Counted from the first letter of the stretch, positions 32,800-41,395 are shown. The stretch is 41,395 nucleotides of DNA from Candidatus Saccharimonadales bacterium (GCA_041747695.1 JBGTET010000012.1:1-41395); one strand, 5' to 3'. Notes: generated by a model from the sequence alone, not told the origin. Numbers and translations are program-made.

Positions 32800-33345
32800 T
32801 TATTCGTCGATTTTAGCAGCCTTCAAAGCTTTGGCGAACCAAATTAGTTCGTCATAACCTTTATTAATCCTATCAATGACTCCTTCGTCGGCAATAGTTT
32901 CATCTTTGTTGATTAGATCATTAATGTGCGGATGTGGAAGGTATGTCTGAATGGGAACCATACCTATGTTCCTAAGCACAGGCACTAAGGAATTTATTGC
33001 ACGCACTCCGCCAAATTGTCCGCTTGATACACCAGCCAACACAACTGGCTTTTTTACATAGTTATCAAGTTCACTGTCGAGAACTCGCTTCAAGCTACCT
33101 GGAAAAGAGTGGTTATATTCTGGGGTAACGATAAAAAAAGCATCAGCTTCGGCAGTAACTTTGCTGTAAGTTGGATCTTTATCATCATCACCATCGTTGG
33201 GCAGAGTAAGAGTCTTTGGATCAACATAGACAATCTCTAGTTCTGGTCGCTGTTCGCCAATCTGTTTAACCAATTTAGCAACAACTTCTGCGCGTGCTCC
33301 AACCCTTGTTGTTCCTAGCAATACTGCAATATTTATCTTGTCCAT
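32800..33345 (-). CDS. NADPH-dependent FMN reductase family protein
   Basis: GGAG Shine-Dalgarno sequence before the ATG at 33345 (MDKINIAVLLGTTR); IVTPEYNHSFPGSLK. Confidence 0.75.
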   Translation of the reverse strand: MDKINIAVLLGTTRVGARAEVVAKLVKQIGEQRPELEIVYVDPKTLTLPNDGDDDKDPTYSKVTAEADAFFIVTPEYNHSFPGSLKRVLDSELDNYVKKPVVLAGVSSGQFGGVRAINSLVPVLRNIGMVPIQTYLPHPHINDLINKDETIADEGVIDRINKGYDELIWFAKALKAAKIDE

Positions 33346-33458
33346 GTAAACTCCATTTAGATGTTTAAGTATATGCTTAATGTTCGCATTGGTCAAACAA
33401 AATGAATTCAAACCAAATAAATAGCCGACAAAAATCAGCCGGCTATTTACGCTATATT

Positions 33459-33767
33459 CTATCTTTTAGATTTTGAAGTCCGAGCAACAAATCCCAAGGC
33501 AACTACGCCAACGACTGCATATGCAGCCATGGCAAATAGCACAGGCAGCTCAAGAACGTGTGCATCTGAACCTGCGTATTCAGAAAATACGTTTCTGAAT
33601 GGAGACATTAGTGGTTCTGAGGTTGAGTACACCCATCGCACTAGTGAATTTGTGGTGTCGGCATCTAGCAAACTAAAGACTACTCTCAAGCCCAAGACTG
33701 CTAGAGTCAAGGTGACAAATGCGTTTATTAAATTTGTTCCTGCGTTTTTAGAATCTATGTATTTCAT
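33459..33767 (-). CDS. small membrane protein (YggT-like?)
   Basis: Two hydrophobic helices. The family assignment is tentative. Confidence 0.4.
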   Translation of the reverse strand: MKYIDSKNAGTNLINAFVTLTLAVLGLRVVFSLLDADTTNSLVRWVYSTSEPLMSPFRNVFSEYAGSDAHVLELPVLFAMAAYAVVGVVALGFVARTSKSKR

Positions 33768-33882
33768 AGAAATCCTTTCGTTAGATTAACTGTTGGATAG
33801 TATAGCAAATTTATGTATTAGTAGGCTACTAGATACTATGCTGGAGCCTTCTTCAACCTAAAGGCGTGCTACACTAGTAGTA

Positions 33883-34569
33883 ATGAAAAAATGGTTCCAA
33901 AATTACGTTGCTGAAATTGTCTATGGTTCTGTTGATGGCGTTGTCACAACGTTTGCTATCGTGGCTGCCAGTGCTGGAGCTAATTTATCGTCGCCAGTTA
34001 TTTTTGTACTTGGCTTTGCTAACTTGTTTGCCGATGGTTTTTCTATGGGTGTCAGTGCCTATTTGGCTAAACGCGCCGAACAAGACGAGCTAGAAAAGAA
34101 AAGACGCCATTTAGACGAGGCCATGCAAGATGACACAATTCGATCTAAAGAAATAAAGTCGTATCTAAATGGCTATGGTATCAAGGGCGTGTTGTTGACG
34201 CAGGTAATGGACAGGATTAGCCGTTCAAAGCCTGCCTCTAAAGCTTTCTTGCAAAGACATAACAATGTTTCGGAAGACCCAGACAGCCCATTATTGATTG
34301 GCTTATTTACATTTGCAGCCTTTATTGTTGTCGGTTCATTACCGGTTCTGGTTTATGCGGTCGAAGTTGCAGTCGATGCCGATAGTTCAAGCGCATTTTT
34401 AATCTCATCACTATCGGCACTATTAGCCTTTGGAATTGTTGGTTACTTTAAGGGGCGAGTCACACGCTCCAGCAAAATTATTGCTGTTGTAGAGACAGTT
34501 TTACTCGGAACAATTGCCGCTACAATTGCTTACGGCGTTGGTTATTGCCTAGATAAATTGGTTAGCTAA
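33883..34569 (+). CDS. VIT1/CCC1-family iron/manganese transporter
   Basis: VYGSVDGVVTTFAIVAASAGANLS, with C-terminal TM helices. Confidence 0.75.
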   Translation: MKKWFQNYVAEIVYGSVDGVVTTFAIVAASAGANLSSPVIFVLGFANLFADGFSMGVSAYLAKRAEQDELEKKRRHLDEAMQDDTIRSKEIKSYLNGYGIKGVLLTQVMDRISRSKPASKAFLQRHNNVSEDPDSPLLIGLFTFAAFIVVGSLPVLVYAVEVAVDADSSSAFLISSLSALLAFGIVGYFKGRVTRSSKIIAVVETVLLGTIAATIAYGVGYCLDKLVS

Positions 34570-35095
34570 CAGTTAAATGTTCGTGAACTTCTGGTTCGTC
34601 TGATTTGTGAAAATTTTTGAAGTCTGTCATGCGCAGTTCAGAAATCTCAACACGCATAACCACGAGCTTACCGGCTTTGATTTGAGAAACAGGAGGCATC
34701 CAAGCATCGCCGTGACCATCGCGGACTTTTGCTAGTTTATTCATAACTTCGACTTGCTCTTCCTCTTCCTTAACTTCGTGTACGCGCCCACTGGCTTGCA
34801 CCGTCAACCGAGCATCTTCGTCGTAAACACATAGCGAAACATGAGGATTGGTTAAAATATTCAAGTATTTAACCGTGTTGCTTTTGGTTATAAAGTACAT
34901 CTTAGAATCACGTTGAATGTAGTAATAAATAACAGATGTGTTTGGGCGACCCTCAACATTAACCGTGGCAATTACAGCGGTGTTTTGTTTGCTTAAAAAT
35001 GTGAAGGCTTTACTAGTAGCTGCCTGTTCCTTGGTATGTTGCTTGGCTCCCATAACCCATGTGCTCCTGAATGTTTCTAACTTGGCTTCTGGCAT
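34562..35095 (-). CDS. pyridoxamine 5'-phosphate oxidase-family (general stress protein 26-like) protein
   Basis: FLSKQNTAVIATVNVEGRPNTSVIYY. The start is uncertain (35095 or M15 at 35053); either overlaps the upstream gene by at least 41 nt. Confidence 0.65.
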   Translation of the reverse strand: MPEAKLETFRSTWVMGAKQHTKEQAATSKAFTFLSKQNTAVIATVNVEGRPNTSVIYYYIQRDSKMYFITKSNTVKYLNILTNPHVSLCVYDEDARLTVQASGRVHEVKEEEEQVEVMNKLAKVRDGHGDAWMPPVSQIKAGKLVVMRVEISELRMTDFKNFHKSDEPEVHEHLTVS

Positions 35096-35477
35096 CCATC
35101 ATACGCTGTTCCAAGTATTGCGCAAACTGCTTAACTGGAGCTGCGTTATAGGCCTTGAATTCAATTTTCTTAGAACGCGCAAATACTATCAGCTTTGATG
35201 CAAATGGCATTCGAATGTATTCGACTTCGGCAAGCATGTCGTAAGGGATGTCCTCAAAAACTAAACCGAAACCTAACTTTTTATCGATAATTAGTATTCT
35301 AAAGTTAGTTGCCACAATTATGGCGTAGCTGGCATTGTATCTGCCCGCCATTATCTGCTCGACTTCTTCGCCAGGTATCATTAAGTTTGGTAATTCTTTT
35401 AGTTCTGCGCGACAGAAAGGAAATGTACCCACCCCCAGTTTATCGAGCTGTTGTCTAAGTATCTGTGGGTGTATCAT
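35013..35477 (-). CDS. bacterial PH domain (YokE-like) protein
   Basis: IPGEEVEQIMAGRYNASYAIIVATNFRILIIDKK. Confidence 0.6.
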   Translation of the reverse strand: MIHPQILRQQLDKLGVGTFPFCRAELKELPNLMIPGEEVEQIMAGRYNASYAIIVATNFRILIIDKKLGFGLVFEDIPYDMLAEVEYIRMPFASKLIVFARSKKIEFKAYNAAPVKQFAQYLEQRMMDARSQVRNIQEHMGYGSQATYQGTGSY

Positions 35478-35562
35478 GGCATTCTCCTTTCATATTCCTT
35501 ATATAGCATATTCTTCTGATTGTGCGGTGTCAGTGAGTTTTGTCACTGCTATACTTACATTG

Positions 35563-36180
35563 ATGACTAAAAATACTGATGCTGTGCACGAACTGTTTAC
35601 GAATAGGTTGATACAAAAATTCAACAAAGATGATGTGATTGTTAATGCCTTCGAAGAACCTGCAGGAATTTATCTTGTAGAAAAGGGTTTTGTAAAATCT
35701 TACAGTGTTACCGACAAAGGCGATGTAAACATTCAACTGATTCGATCTGTTGGTGATGTCTTTCCATTGCTTTGGGCAATTGGTAAAAACAAACGCGATG
35801 TCTTTTTTGCAGCTATGGATGACGTCATCGTTAGGCGAATTTCTGTTAACGAGTTTAATAACAAGTTAGACAGTGATGAATCCTTACAGAAAGAAATGAT
35901 AGAAAGATTAGCTGCGATGTATTTATTGATGGCAGAACGTGTACGCAATTTAGAACAACGTCGCGCCAAAGACCGCGTTATTTATTGTTTGGAAAGTTTG
36001 GCAGGCAGATTTGGTAAAAAGGTTGGCAATAAAGTTATTATTCTGGCCCCAATTCATCACCATGATATTGCCGATATGATCAACACTTCGCGAGAAACCA
36101 CCTCTCGAGAGTTTGCTTCGCTAGAAAAGCAAGGCTTAGTTGGCTACCACGGCAACAACATCTTCTTGCGAAAAAGTTGA
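35563..36180 (+). CDS. Crp/Fnr-family transcriptional regulator
   Basis: cNMP-binding-like N-terminus (IYLVEKGFVKSY). C-terminal HTH (HHDIADMINTSRETTSREFASLEKQGLV). I prefer the ATG at 35563 because the listed 35335 start overlaps the divergent gene. Confidence 0.8.
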   Translation: MTKNTDAVHELFTNRLIQKFNKDDVIVNAFEEPAGIYLVEKGFVKSYSVTDKGDVNIQLIRSVGDVFPLLWAIGKNKRDVFFAAMDDVIVRRISVNEFNNKLDSDESLQKEMIERLAAMYLLMAERVRNLEQRRAKDRVIYCLESLAGRFGKKVGNKVIILAPIHHHDIADMINTSRETTSREFASLEKQGLVGYHGNNIFLRKS

Positions 36181-36222
36181 CCCGATCTAGTGCCACCCCT
36201 ATAATTGCCTGAGTTATCGCAT

Positions 36223-36297
36223 TCCGGAGTAGCTCAATGGTAGAGCACATCGCTGTTAACGATGGGGTTGCCGGTTCGAGCCCGGCCTCCGGAGCCA
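36223..36297 (+). tRNA. tRNA-Asn (GTT)
   Basis: TCCGGAG-TA-GCTC-AATGGTA-GAGC-A-CATCG-CTGTTAA-CGATG-GGGTT-GCCGG-TTCGAGC-CCGGC-CTCCGGA-G-CCA. Confidence 0.9.
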
Positions 36298-37788
36298 TAT
36301 AGAACTATCAAGACATGAGGCGAGAGCATCAAAGGGTTTGTAAAGGGTTATTTGCACGGTTTTACCGTCCAAAAGTAGGTTCTGACCGAGCAAACCAATT
36401 AGCTCTCGTTTTTCATTGGGTTCAGCAGCTTTAAATAGTTCGCTACCACGTGATGCAATTTCTAACAGATATGCGACCGTAACATAGAACTGTTCATCGA
36501 CTACTGATAGCCTAGACAGCTTACGCTCATGGAGCTTCTGCTGCTGTCGCCATTTAGAACGCTTTTTGTCATATTCTGACTGGGTAATACTACCGTCGCA
36601 CTTATCTTCATAGGCAACTTCAATGCGATTCTGGAGCTTTGATATTTCAGTATTATGATATTTGACCTGTTCTTTATTGAACAATGCCTTACCGCCATGA
36701 GCTTCTTTGAGCGTCTGCTCAAGCCTCGGCAACTCGTCGTCTGGTATTTTACAGTCATCAAACAACTGAGCCAAAATGCCATCAAGTTCTTTTTCTTCTA
36801 GCCATTCAGTATCTTTATGTTTGCCATACTGCTTGCTCTTGCCCGTGCAGTGGTAATAGGCATAATTATGTTCATTACCGTTCTTCTGCTTCTTGTGTTT
36901 GGCTTCTGGCGTTATTGCACAACCACACTTTTTACAGTGAATTAACCCACGGTAAGTAAATGCTATGCCTTTGAACTTAATTTTATCTTTACCGTGACCC
37001 GCAATTACATCCTGGACCTGCCAAAACAGCTCATAGGGAATAAATTGCTCATAGTGATGCTGGAAATAGTTATCGGTGGCTTTGTCGTAAATCTCACCAA
37101 TATAGAACCTGTTTTTAAGTATCGTGCCAAAGCTGCTCCATGGAATATCAACGCCATAGTCAGTTTTAATGCGTTTTGACAGCGACTTATAGGAAAAAGT
37201 TCCAGTAGCGTAAAGCTCAAAGATTTTTAAAACAATGTTTGCCCTAAAGGGTATCGGCACAACAGTCTTATTCCGCTTATCAATAGTTTCATTCTTGTAG
37301 CCAAAAGGGGCAATGCCAGGTAATTCGCCATCACGGAGCTTGGCGTACCGTGAATTATGAGCATCTTCTTTAAGGCGATTGATGATTTGCTTAGCCAAGT
37401 AAACCTTAGTGTCCCAATCGGTTATGTCTCGTCCGACTGATTGTTTTGTAATGACAAGACGGTCATGTACAAAATGTAGCTCTTTGTTGTATTCCGACCG
37501 AAGGGTGTCCATCGCTACATGGTCGGCAAAGTTACGGGTTGCCCTATCGACTCGAAAAGCAATCAATGCCTCGACATCTTTATGCTTTCTAAGAAAGTCC
37601 ATCATCTCGTTGAATTTTTTACGTATGCCCGTGTCGGCACTTTCGCTAAAAACATATTCATGAACTATCTCAAAATCGTGCAGTTCAGCGTATTCACGCA
37701 TTGCTGGCAATTGTATTTCTTCCAGCGACAAACCTTCATTTTCTTGTTTTTTTGTTGAAACTCTTGCTAGTATTACGGCTTTTCTCAT
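36256..37788 (-). CDS. large serine recombinase (integrase)
   Basis: Resolvase-type N-terminus AVILARVSTKKQ (catalytic Ser); recombinase domain; Cys-rich zinc ribbon CKKCGCAITP...YYHCTG; coiled-coil tail. AGGAG Shine-Dalgarno sequence. The last ~14 codons are antisense to tRNA-Asn. Confidence 0.85.
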   Translation of the reverse strand: MRKAVILARVSTKKQENEGLSLEEIQLPAMREYAELHDFEIVHEYVFSESADTGIRKKFNEMMDFLRKHKDVEALIAFRVDRATRNFADHVAMDTLRSEYNKELHFVHDRLVITKQSVGRDITDWDTKVYLAKQIINRLKEDAHNSRYAKLRDGELPGIAPFGYKNETIDKRNKTVVPIPFRANIVLKIFELYATGTFSYKSLSKRIKTDYGVDIPWSSFGTILKNRFYIGEIYDKATDNYFQHHYEQFIPYELFWQVQDVIAGHGKDKIKFKGIAFTYRGLIHCKKCGCAITPEAKHKKQKNGNEHNYAYYHCTGKSKQYGKHKDTEWLEEKELDGILAQLFDDCKIPDDELPRLEQTLKEAHGGKALFNKEQVKYHNTEISKLQNRIEVAYEDKCDGSITQSEYDKKRSKWRQQQKLHERKLSRLSVVDEQFYVTVAYLLEIASRGSELFKAAEPNEKRELIGLLGQNLLLDGKTVQITLYKPFDALASCLDSSIWLRRPGSNRQPHR

Positions 37789-37821
37789 AGTATTTACTCC
37801 TATTATAGCTTACATTTGTCA

Positions 37822-38976
37822 TCAACTTAAGAAGTTATCGACCTGAACAGGCTCGAACCTGTCTAGTTGCTCGTTAAGGAGCTGAAAAACTTCTGGTTGT
37901 TCAAATCTGTAAGCAAGTTCTTGATTGATTTTTTTAGCTTGACGAAGCAATGCTGGACTGCCACGTGGACCGACTATGTCCTTAAGCCTACGTGTGCCAT
38001 CTTCTTGATTTAAGGCTCTTAGACCAATCGCCGCTAACAAAGTTGTGATGTTACGATTAGGATTCTGGACATAAAGCTCGCTAAATAAAGCATGAAAGTC
38101 AGGTGCTTTTGCATCACTAATTTTTGGGTAGCGTGAATATAGGTCAGATAGCTGCTGCTTCAATACAGCCTGAGACACATCTTTACTGCATAATGCTGAC
38201 AGAGTAACTGCTGAGCCATCAAAACCAGCCTTTTGAAGCACAGACTTTATGTTTTTTGGGTTGTTGAGTCTGGCTTCCATCCGCAAAACTTCAAACGGCT
38301 GTGTGATGACTTTGTCGCCAAACAAGTCCATCTGTAACTGCAAATCTCTATCAAACACAGGTTGGTTACGTTTGCCTTTGTTGTATTCCGCATTCTTGTC
38401 ATAAAAAGCTAGCTCATAGTATTTAGAGTGCGACTTAAATCCATGTCCATTATTTTCATAGTCACTTTGGCTTACATCACGCCATGAAGTAATGTCGCAC
38501 TTTTGTATTTCCATAATCGCTTCACGAGCAGTCATGTAATTATTTAGTGGGAAGTTTTTGGCAAAGTGAATTGTGGCAACTTTGGCATTTTTGACAGCAT
38601 CTATGCCATCAAAAAATCGCACGCCATAAAACTTTAAGCCCGCATACAGCCGTTGGTAGACCTGTTCTAGGTCAGCTTCAAACAGTTCATCAAAATTATT
38701 ACCATATATCAGCTTAGGGACAGATAATTGCACCTTCAAACCTGTTGTAACACCGCCAGCTCTTATGCCTTTGAAGAAGGTTAAATATGGTAAGTAGCCC
38801 ATCTGAGCTGTCTCTTGCTTGGTGGGATTACGGACAGCCGTCATATATCTTCCTTTACCCATATCCTTTGGCTCGGTAGATGTAATGCGGTTTACGTTGG
38901 GAGTAAAATCCCAGGGTCGCAATATGGCATATTCATTGGGATAAAAGTTAAGCACTACTGTGTCTATTCCAAGCAT
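37822..38976 (-). CDS. putative replication initiation protein (phage gpII/CRI- or Rep_trans-like), tentative
   Basis: The MLGIDTVVLNF N-terminus and YELAFYDKNAEY resemble rolling-circle Rep families. Motif-level impression only. Confidence 0.35.
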   Translation of the reverse strand: MLGIDTVVLNFYPNEYAILRPWDFTPNVNRITSTEPKDMGKGRYMTAVRNPTKQETAQMGYLPYLTFFKGIRAGGVTTGLKVQLSVPKLIYGNNFDELFEADLEQVYQRLYAGLKFYGVRFFDGIDAVKNAKVATIHFAKNFPLNNYMTAREAIMEIQKCDITSWRDVSQSDYENNGHGFKSHSKYYELAFYDKNAEYNKGKRNQPVFDRDLQLQMDLFGDKVITQPFEVLRMEARLNNPKNIKSVLQKAGFDGSAVTLSALCSKDVSQAVLKQQLSDLYSRYPKISDAKAPDFHALFSELYVQNPNRNITTLLAAIGLRALNQEDGTRRLKDIVGPRGSPALLRQAKKINQELAYRFEQPEVFQLLNEQLDRFEPVQVDNFLS

Positions 38977-39229
38977 TATTCATTACTTCTTCATATTTAG
39001 TTATTACAGCTTCTTCAATCTGGCTACCAACAGCACCTGATATTGGGTGATAAACATCTAGTTGACGACCTGCAACTAGCTTTGTTGGGTAAACGAGCCT
39101 AAAGCCGCCATTAGGTCGGCTAAAGATGCCGACAGAGCCGCAATACAAAGCATCAGCAAAAACAAAGCTGGCAAAGCCAACTAGCCCGTTATTTGGCTTA
39201 ACGGGCGTTATCTGTATTTCGCTGACCAT
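38948..39229 (-). CDS. SpoVG-family protein
   Basis: ITPVKPNNGLVGFASFVFADALYCGSVGIFSRPNGGFRLVYPTK...DVYHPISGAVGSQIEEAVITKYEE follows the SpoVG pattern. Confidence 0.7.
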   Translation of the reverse strand: MVSEIQITPVKPNNGLVGFASFVFADALYCGSVGIFSRPNGGFRLVYPTKLVAGRQLDVYHPISGAVGSQIEEAVITKYEEVMNNAWNRHSSA

Positions 39230-39412
39230 CGTTTGAGCGACCTTTCTGACGCTTATCTATTCGTATGAGCAACTCAAACACACGTGTAGCACGTCGCAAT
39301 TCAGCATCAGACCAAGGTTTTGCCTGGCTCTTTTGCGATTTGTTACTTTGTGGTTGCTTGTCCATGCTTCAATGGTAATGAAGCTATGGTTGTGCAACGT
39401 TGCACAGAGGTG

Positions 39413-40234
39413 CTAAACGTACTTTGGATTAAAACGAATGCTTTTGTCTTCTATTTCAAACAGGTCATTAACTTGAACTTTCTTTGCAATCGTTATGTTT
39501 AAATTAGCTTTTGCATAATGGACACGCTTATTTCCTTTAATCTGCTCGATGGCAACACCCATCTTCATAAGTGCATCGCCGATACCGACAGGCTTAGACA
39601 CTGGCTTGCCAGCACGAAACATAATCTTACAAATAAGTTCTTGGTCGCCAATCGGAATATCAATAATCGTATTAGCAAAAATGAGTTTATGGTCTTTTGC
39701 AATATAACTTGGTTTTAATAGCTTCTGCGTGTGAGCGTTCAGTTCTGTGTTTTGTGCTTCAAATGCTTCTGCCATTCGCTCTAAAATAGCCGTCTGTTTA
39801 GCCTGTTCTTCTGATGAGGCAGGTGGAGTAATACTATCTATCCAACTTGTATCTTCAAACAACTCGGAGTGCTTAGGTACGGCAGCGGGTATAGTCGGTA
39901 TAGTTGAACTGATTTTCGGAATCTTTGAACCAAGGTCAACTTTACCAATTGATTTGCTCATTTTTGCAAGCTCAGACAGGCGTGGTCTAACACGTTCCAT
40001 CATTTGCTTAACGTTAGCATCGGCTGACTCAAGTGCTTTCTTTTGGCTTGGTGTGAGTGTCGCAGAGTCTTGTTTTTTAAGTTTAGTCCATTCATCAACA
40101 GACAACCCAGCTCTGTATTTTGAGGTGTCAATAACAGCTATCGGTTCTTCAGCCCTGCCGATAGCACTAGCGTCCAAATCGTCTTTGGGCTTCTTGTTGG
40201 GTTCGTTACTAGCCTGTTTGTCATCTTTTTTCAT
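39413..40234 (-). CDS. hypothetical protein (element-encoded)
   Basis: 273 aa with a Lys/Asp-rich N-terminus. No motif recognised. Confidence 0.5.
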   Translation of the reverse strand: MKKDDKQASNEPNKKPKDDLDASAIGRAEEPIAVIDTSKYRAGLSVDEWTKLKKQDSATLTPSQKKALESADANVKQMMERVRPRLSELAKMSKSIGKVDLGSKIPKISSTIPTIPAAVPKHSELFEDTSWIDSITPPASSEEQAKQTAILERMAEAFEAQNTELNAHTQKLLKPSYIAKDHKLIFANTIIDIPIGDQELICKIMFRAGKPVSKPVGIGDALMKMGVAIEQIKGNKRVHYAKANLNITIAKKVQVNDLFEIEDKSIRFNPKYV

Positions 40235-40247
40235 TACATCTTCCCAA

Positions 40248-40282
40248 AACAGCTACCGCAAGCTGTTACTCATCTGTATAAT
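40248..40282 (+). promoter_or_regulatory. palindromic operator-like site (AACAGCT-N6-AGCTGTT) next to an extended -10 (TGTATAAT, 40275-40282)
   Basis: Perfect 7-bp arms at 40248-40254 and 40261-40267, in the 71-bp divergent intergenic region between 40234 and 40306. Confidence 0.45.
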
Positions 40283-40305
40283 AATGTTATCAAGAGTGAG
40301 TAAAT

Positions 40306-40488
40306 ATGTCACAGGAATTACCAGAGCGACTAACCCTAAAACAAGCAAGTGAGCTACTTCAGGTTCATGCTAATACTTTGCGTGCTTGGGACAAAAAAGG
40401 CATTCTTAAAGCAATTCGGATTGGCGAACGAAAATTAAGGCGTTACAGAAAGGAAGATTTAATGAAGTTCACGGAGCATAAAAAATGA
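40306..40488 (+). CDS. MerR-type helix-turn-helix protein (excisionase/regulator-like)
   Basis: LTLKQASELLQVHANTLRAWDKKGILKAIRIGERKLRRYRKEDL is the typical excisionase-family HTH. Confidence 0.65.
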   Translation: MSQELPERLTLKQASELLQVHANTLRAWDKKGILKAIRIGERKLRRYRKEDLMKFTEHKK

Positions 40489-41395
40489 GAGTACAAATTG
40501 ACGACCTAAAAGTTAAAGTTGCAGCATTTTTAGTTGGCAGTGGTTTTACGAATCAAGACGCTGACACCTTTACGGAACTTGTGGTTGAGCAAGAGCTAGT
40601 TGGCAATCAGTTTAGTGCTGTTGGCGAGCTGCCAGGCAAACATTCACGTTTAATGGAAAATGCTGGTGACAATAAGGCTGAAGCTGTAGTCACGAAGCCA
40701 GCCGTAAAGCTCATTAAAGGAAATGGTCGCCTAGCACCTCTTATTACTGCCGACTACCTAGACGAGGTTGTTGCCAAATCTAAAGAGCAAGGTATTTATG
40801 CACTCGGCATCTACGACAGCACCTATAATGACTTTTTTGATGTTTTTTGTCGTCGTGTTGCAGCCCAAGACTGCATAGCCATCATAGTTGAAAATGGTGG
40901 ACCGCAAGGAGTAACACCCTTTGGCGGCAAAACAGACGTTACTGGCACTAACCCAATCGCTTACGGAATACCGACAGACAAATATCCAATTGTTTTTGAT
41001 GCTGCTACCGCAATGCATGCATATGGTCGAATTAACCAGGCTAAAGAAAGTGATGAAAAATTACCTGACAATGCCTATGTTGATAAGCAAGGCAACATAA
41101 CCACAGACCCAAATGTTGCCTATGCTGTCTTACCTTTTGGTGGGTTTAAAGGCTTTGGCATCAACCTGCTGATAGATGTATTGAGCGGCAGTTTAGTAAG
41201 GGGAAAAAGTGGACTTGACCAGCCTCTTGATAGCCAACGCTATATCGGAACACTAATCATAGCAATTGACCCTGCGGCTTTCGGCGATATTGCCGCCTTT
41301 AAGGCATCAACTACAAAACTTGCTGACGATATTTTAGCCGTAGAGCCAGTTGACCCAAGTCAGCCAGTGCGTGTTCCTGGCTATCGTGGAGCAAA
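40485..41395 (+). CDS. Ldh_2-family (malate/L-lactate/sulfolactate-type) dehydrogenase, 3' end beyond the window
   Basis: Hand-translated open frame from the ATG at 40485 (ATGA overlap with the upstream stop) to the window end. Contains GTNPIAYGIP and LPFGGFKGFGINLLIDVLSG. Absent from the ORF track because it has no stop. Confidence 0.7.
   Translation, partial: MRVQIDDLKVKVAAFLVGSGFTNQDADTFTELVVEQELVGNQFSAVGELPGKHSRLMENAGDNKAEAVVTKPAVKLIKGNGRLAPLITADYLDEVVAKSKEQGIYALGIYDSTYNDFFDVFCRRVAAQDCIAIIVENGGPQGVTPFGGKTDVTGTNPIAYGIPTDKYPIVFDAATAMHAYGRINQAKESDEKLPDNAYVDKQGNITTDPNVAYAVLPFGGFKGFGINLLIDVLSGSLVRGKSGLDQPLDSQRYIGTLIIAIDPAAFGDIAAFKASTTKLADDILAVEPVDPSQPVRVPGYRGA

Larger units (their letters stand above)
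36256..40488. mobile_element. small integrated element at the tRNA-Asn 3' end (right boundary uncertain)
   Basis: A serine recombinase abuts and overlaps the tRNA. It is followed by Rep-like, SpoVG-like, orphan and HTH/Xis-like genes. No direct repeats are expected for serine recombinases, so the right end is inferred from gene content only. Confidence 0.5.

Noticed and set aside
34562-35477. A same-strand overlap of 41-83 nt between the PH-domain gene and the PNPOx-family gene, as a possible programmed frameshift or fusion.
   Set aside because: I saw no slippery sequence, and the two proteins belong to unrelated families with complete domains. This is most likely a genuine overlap or an unresolved start.
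35335-35562. 76-codon N-terminal extension of the Crp/Fnr ORF.
   Set aside because: It overlaps the divergent PH-domain gene and encodes Cys/Ser-rich sequence. The cNMP-binding domain begins right after the ATG at 35563.
40471-40482. CGGAGC shared between the tRNA-Asn 3' end (36290-36295, CCGGAGCCATAT) and the end of the HTH gene (ACGGAGCATAAA), as a possible recombination core marking the right end of the element.
   Set aside because: A 6-bp match is expected by chance in ~1 kb. It would also leave the pre-insertion tRNA without an encoded CCA. I kept it only as a hypothesis to test with empty-site sequences.
1-41395. CRISPR arrays, rRNA genes, and alternative genetic code (UGA recoding).
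   Set aside because: No spaced direct-repeat arrays or rRNA-like segments were seen. Conserved proteins end at the expected points on TGA, TAA or TAG stops alike (for example the swivel domain ends at TGA 2111-2113), so the standard code fits.

Overview
A 41.4-kb, AT-leaning (by eye), densely coded bacterial window read with the standard genetic code. The gene content suggests a small-genome bacterium, possibly Patescibacteria/Saccharibacteria-like; this is a low-confidence guess. It has many short membrane-anchored proteins, an archaeal-type AspRS, and frequent leaderless-looking starts. Housekeeping genes include trxA, aspS, trmB, nadD, corA, a MurC-like ligase, MscS, FtsB/DivIC-like, DsbA-like, Crp/Fnr and 3 tRNAs. 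They are interleaved with three accessory regions. (1) 256-5154 is a translationally coupled operon. It encodes a stand-alone PPDK_N ATP-grasp domain, a PEP-utilizer swivel phospho-His domain fused to a GHKL ATPase, a 390-aa orphan, two histidine-phosphatase-family proteins and an acylphosphatase. A convergent MazG-like plus nucleoside-deoxyribosyltransferase-like pair sits next to it. This is my best candidate for an undescribed system. (2) 11787-17315 is a 5.5-kb IS1595-family cargo transposon with 25-bp terminal inverted repeats and an 8-bp target duplication. It cleanly splits an SDR gene and carries a replication-relaxation-like gene and two large surface proteins. (3) From about 36.25 to 40.5 kb lies a small integrated element at tRNA-Asn, with a large serine recombinase, a Rep-like protein, a SpoVG-like protein and an HTH/Xis-like protein. 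The recombinase reading frame ends inside the tRNA. No rRNA genes or CRISPR arrays were seen. All domain calls come from motif recognition by eye; no searches were run.
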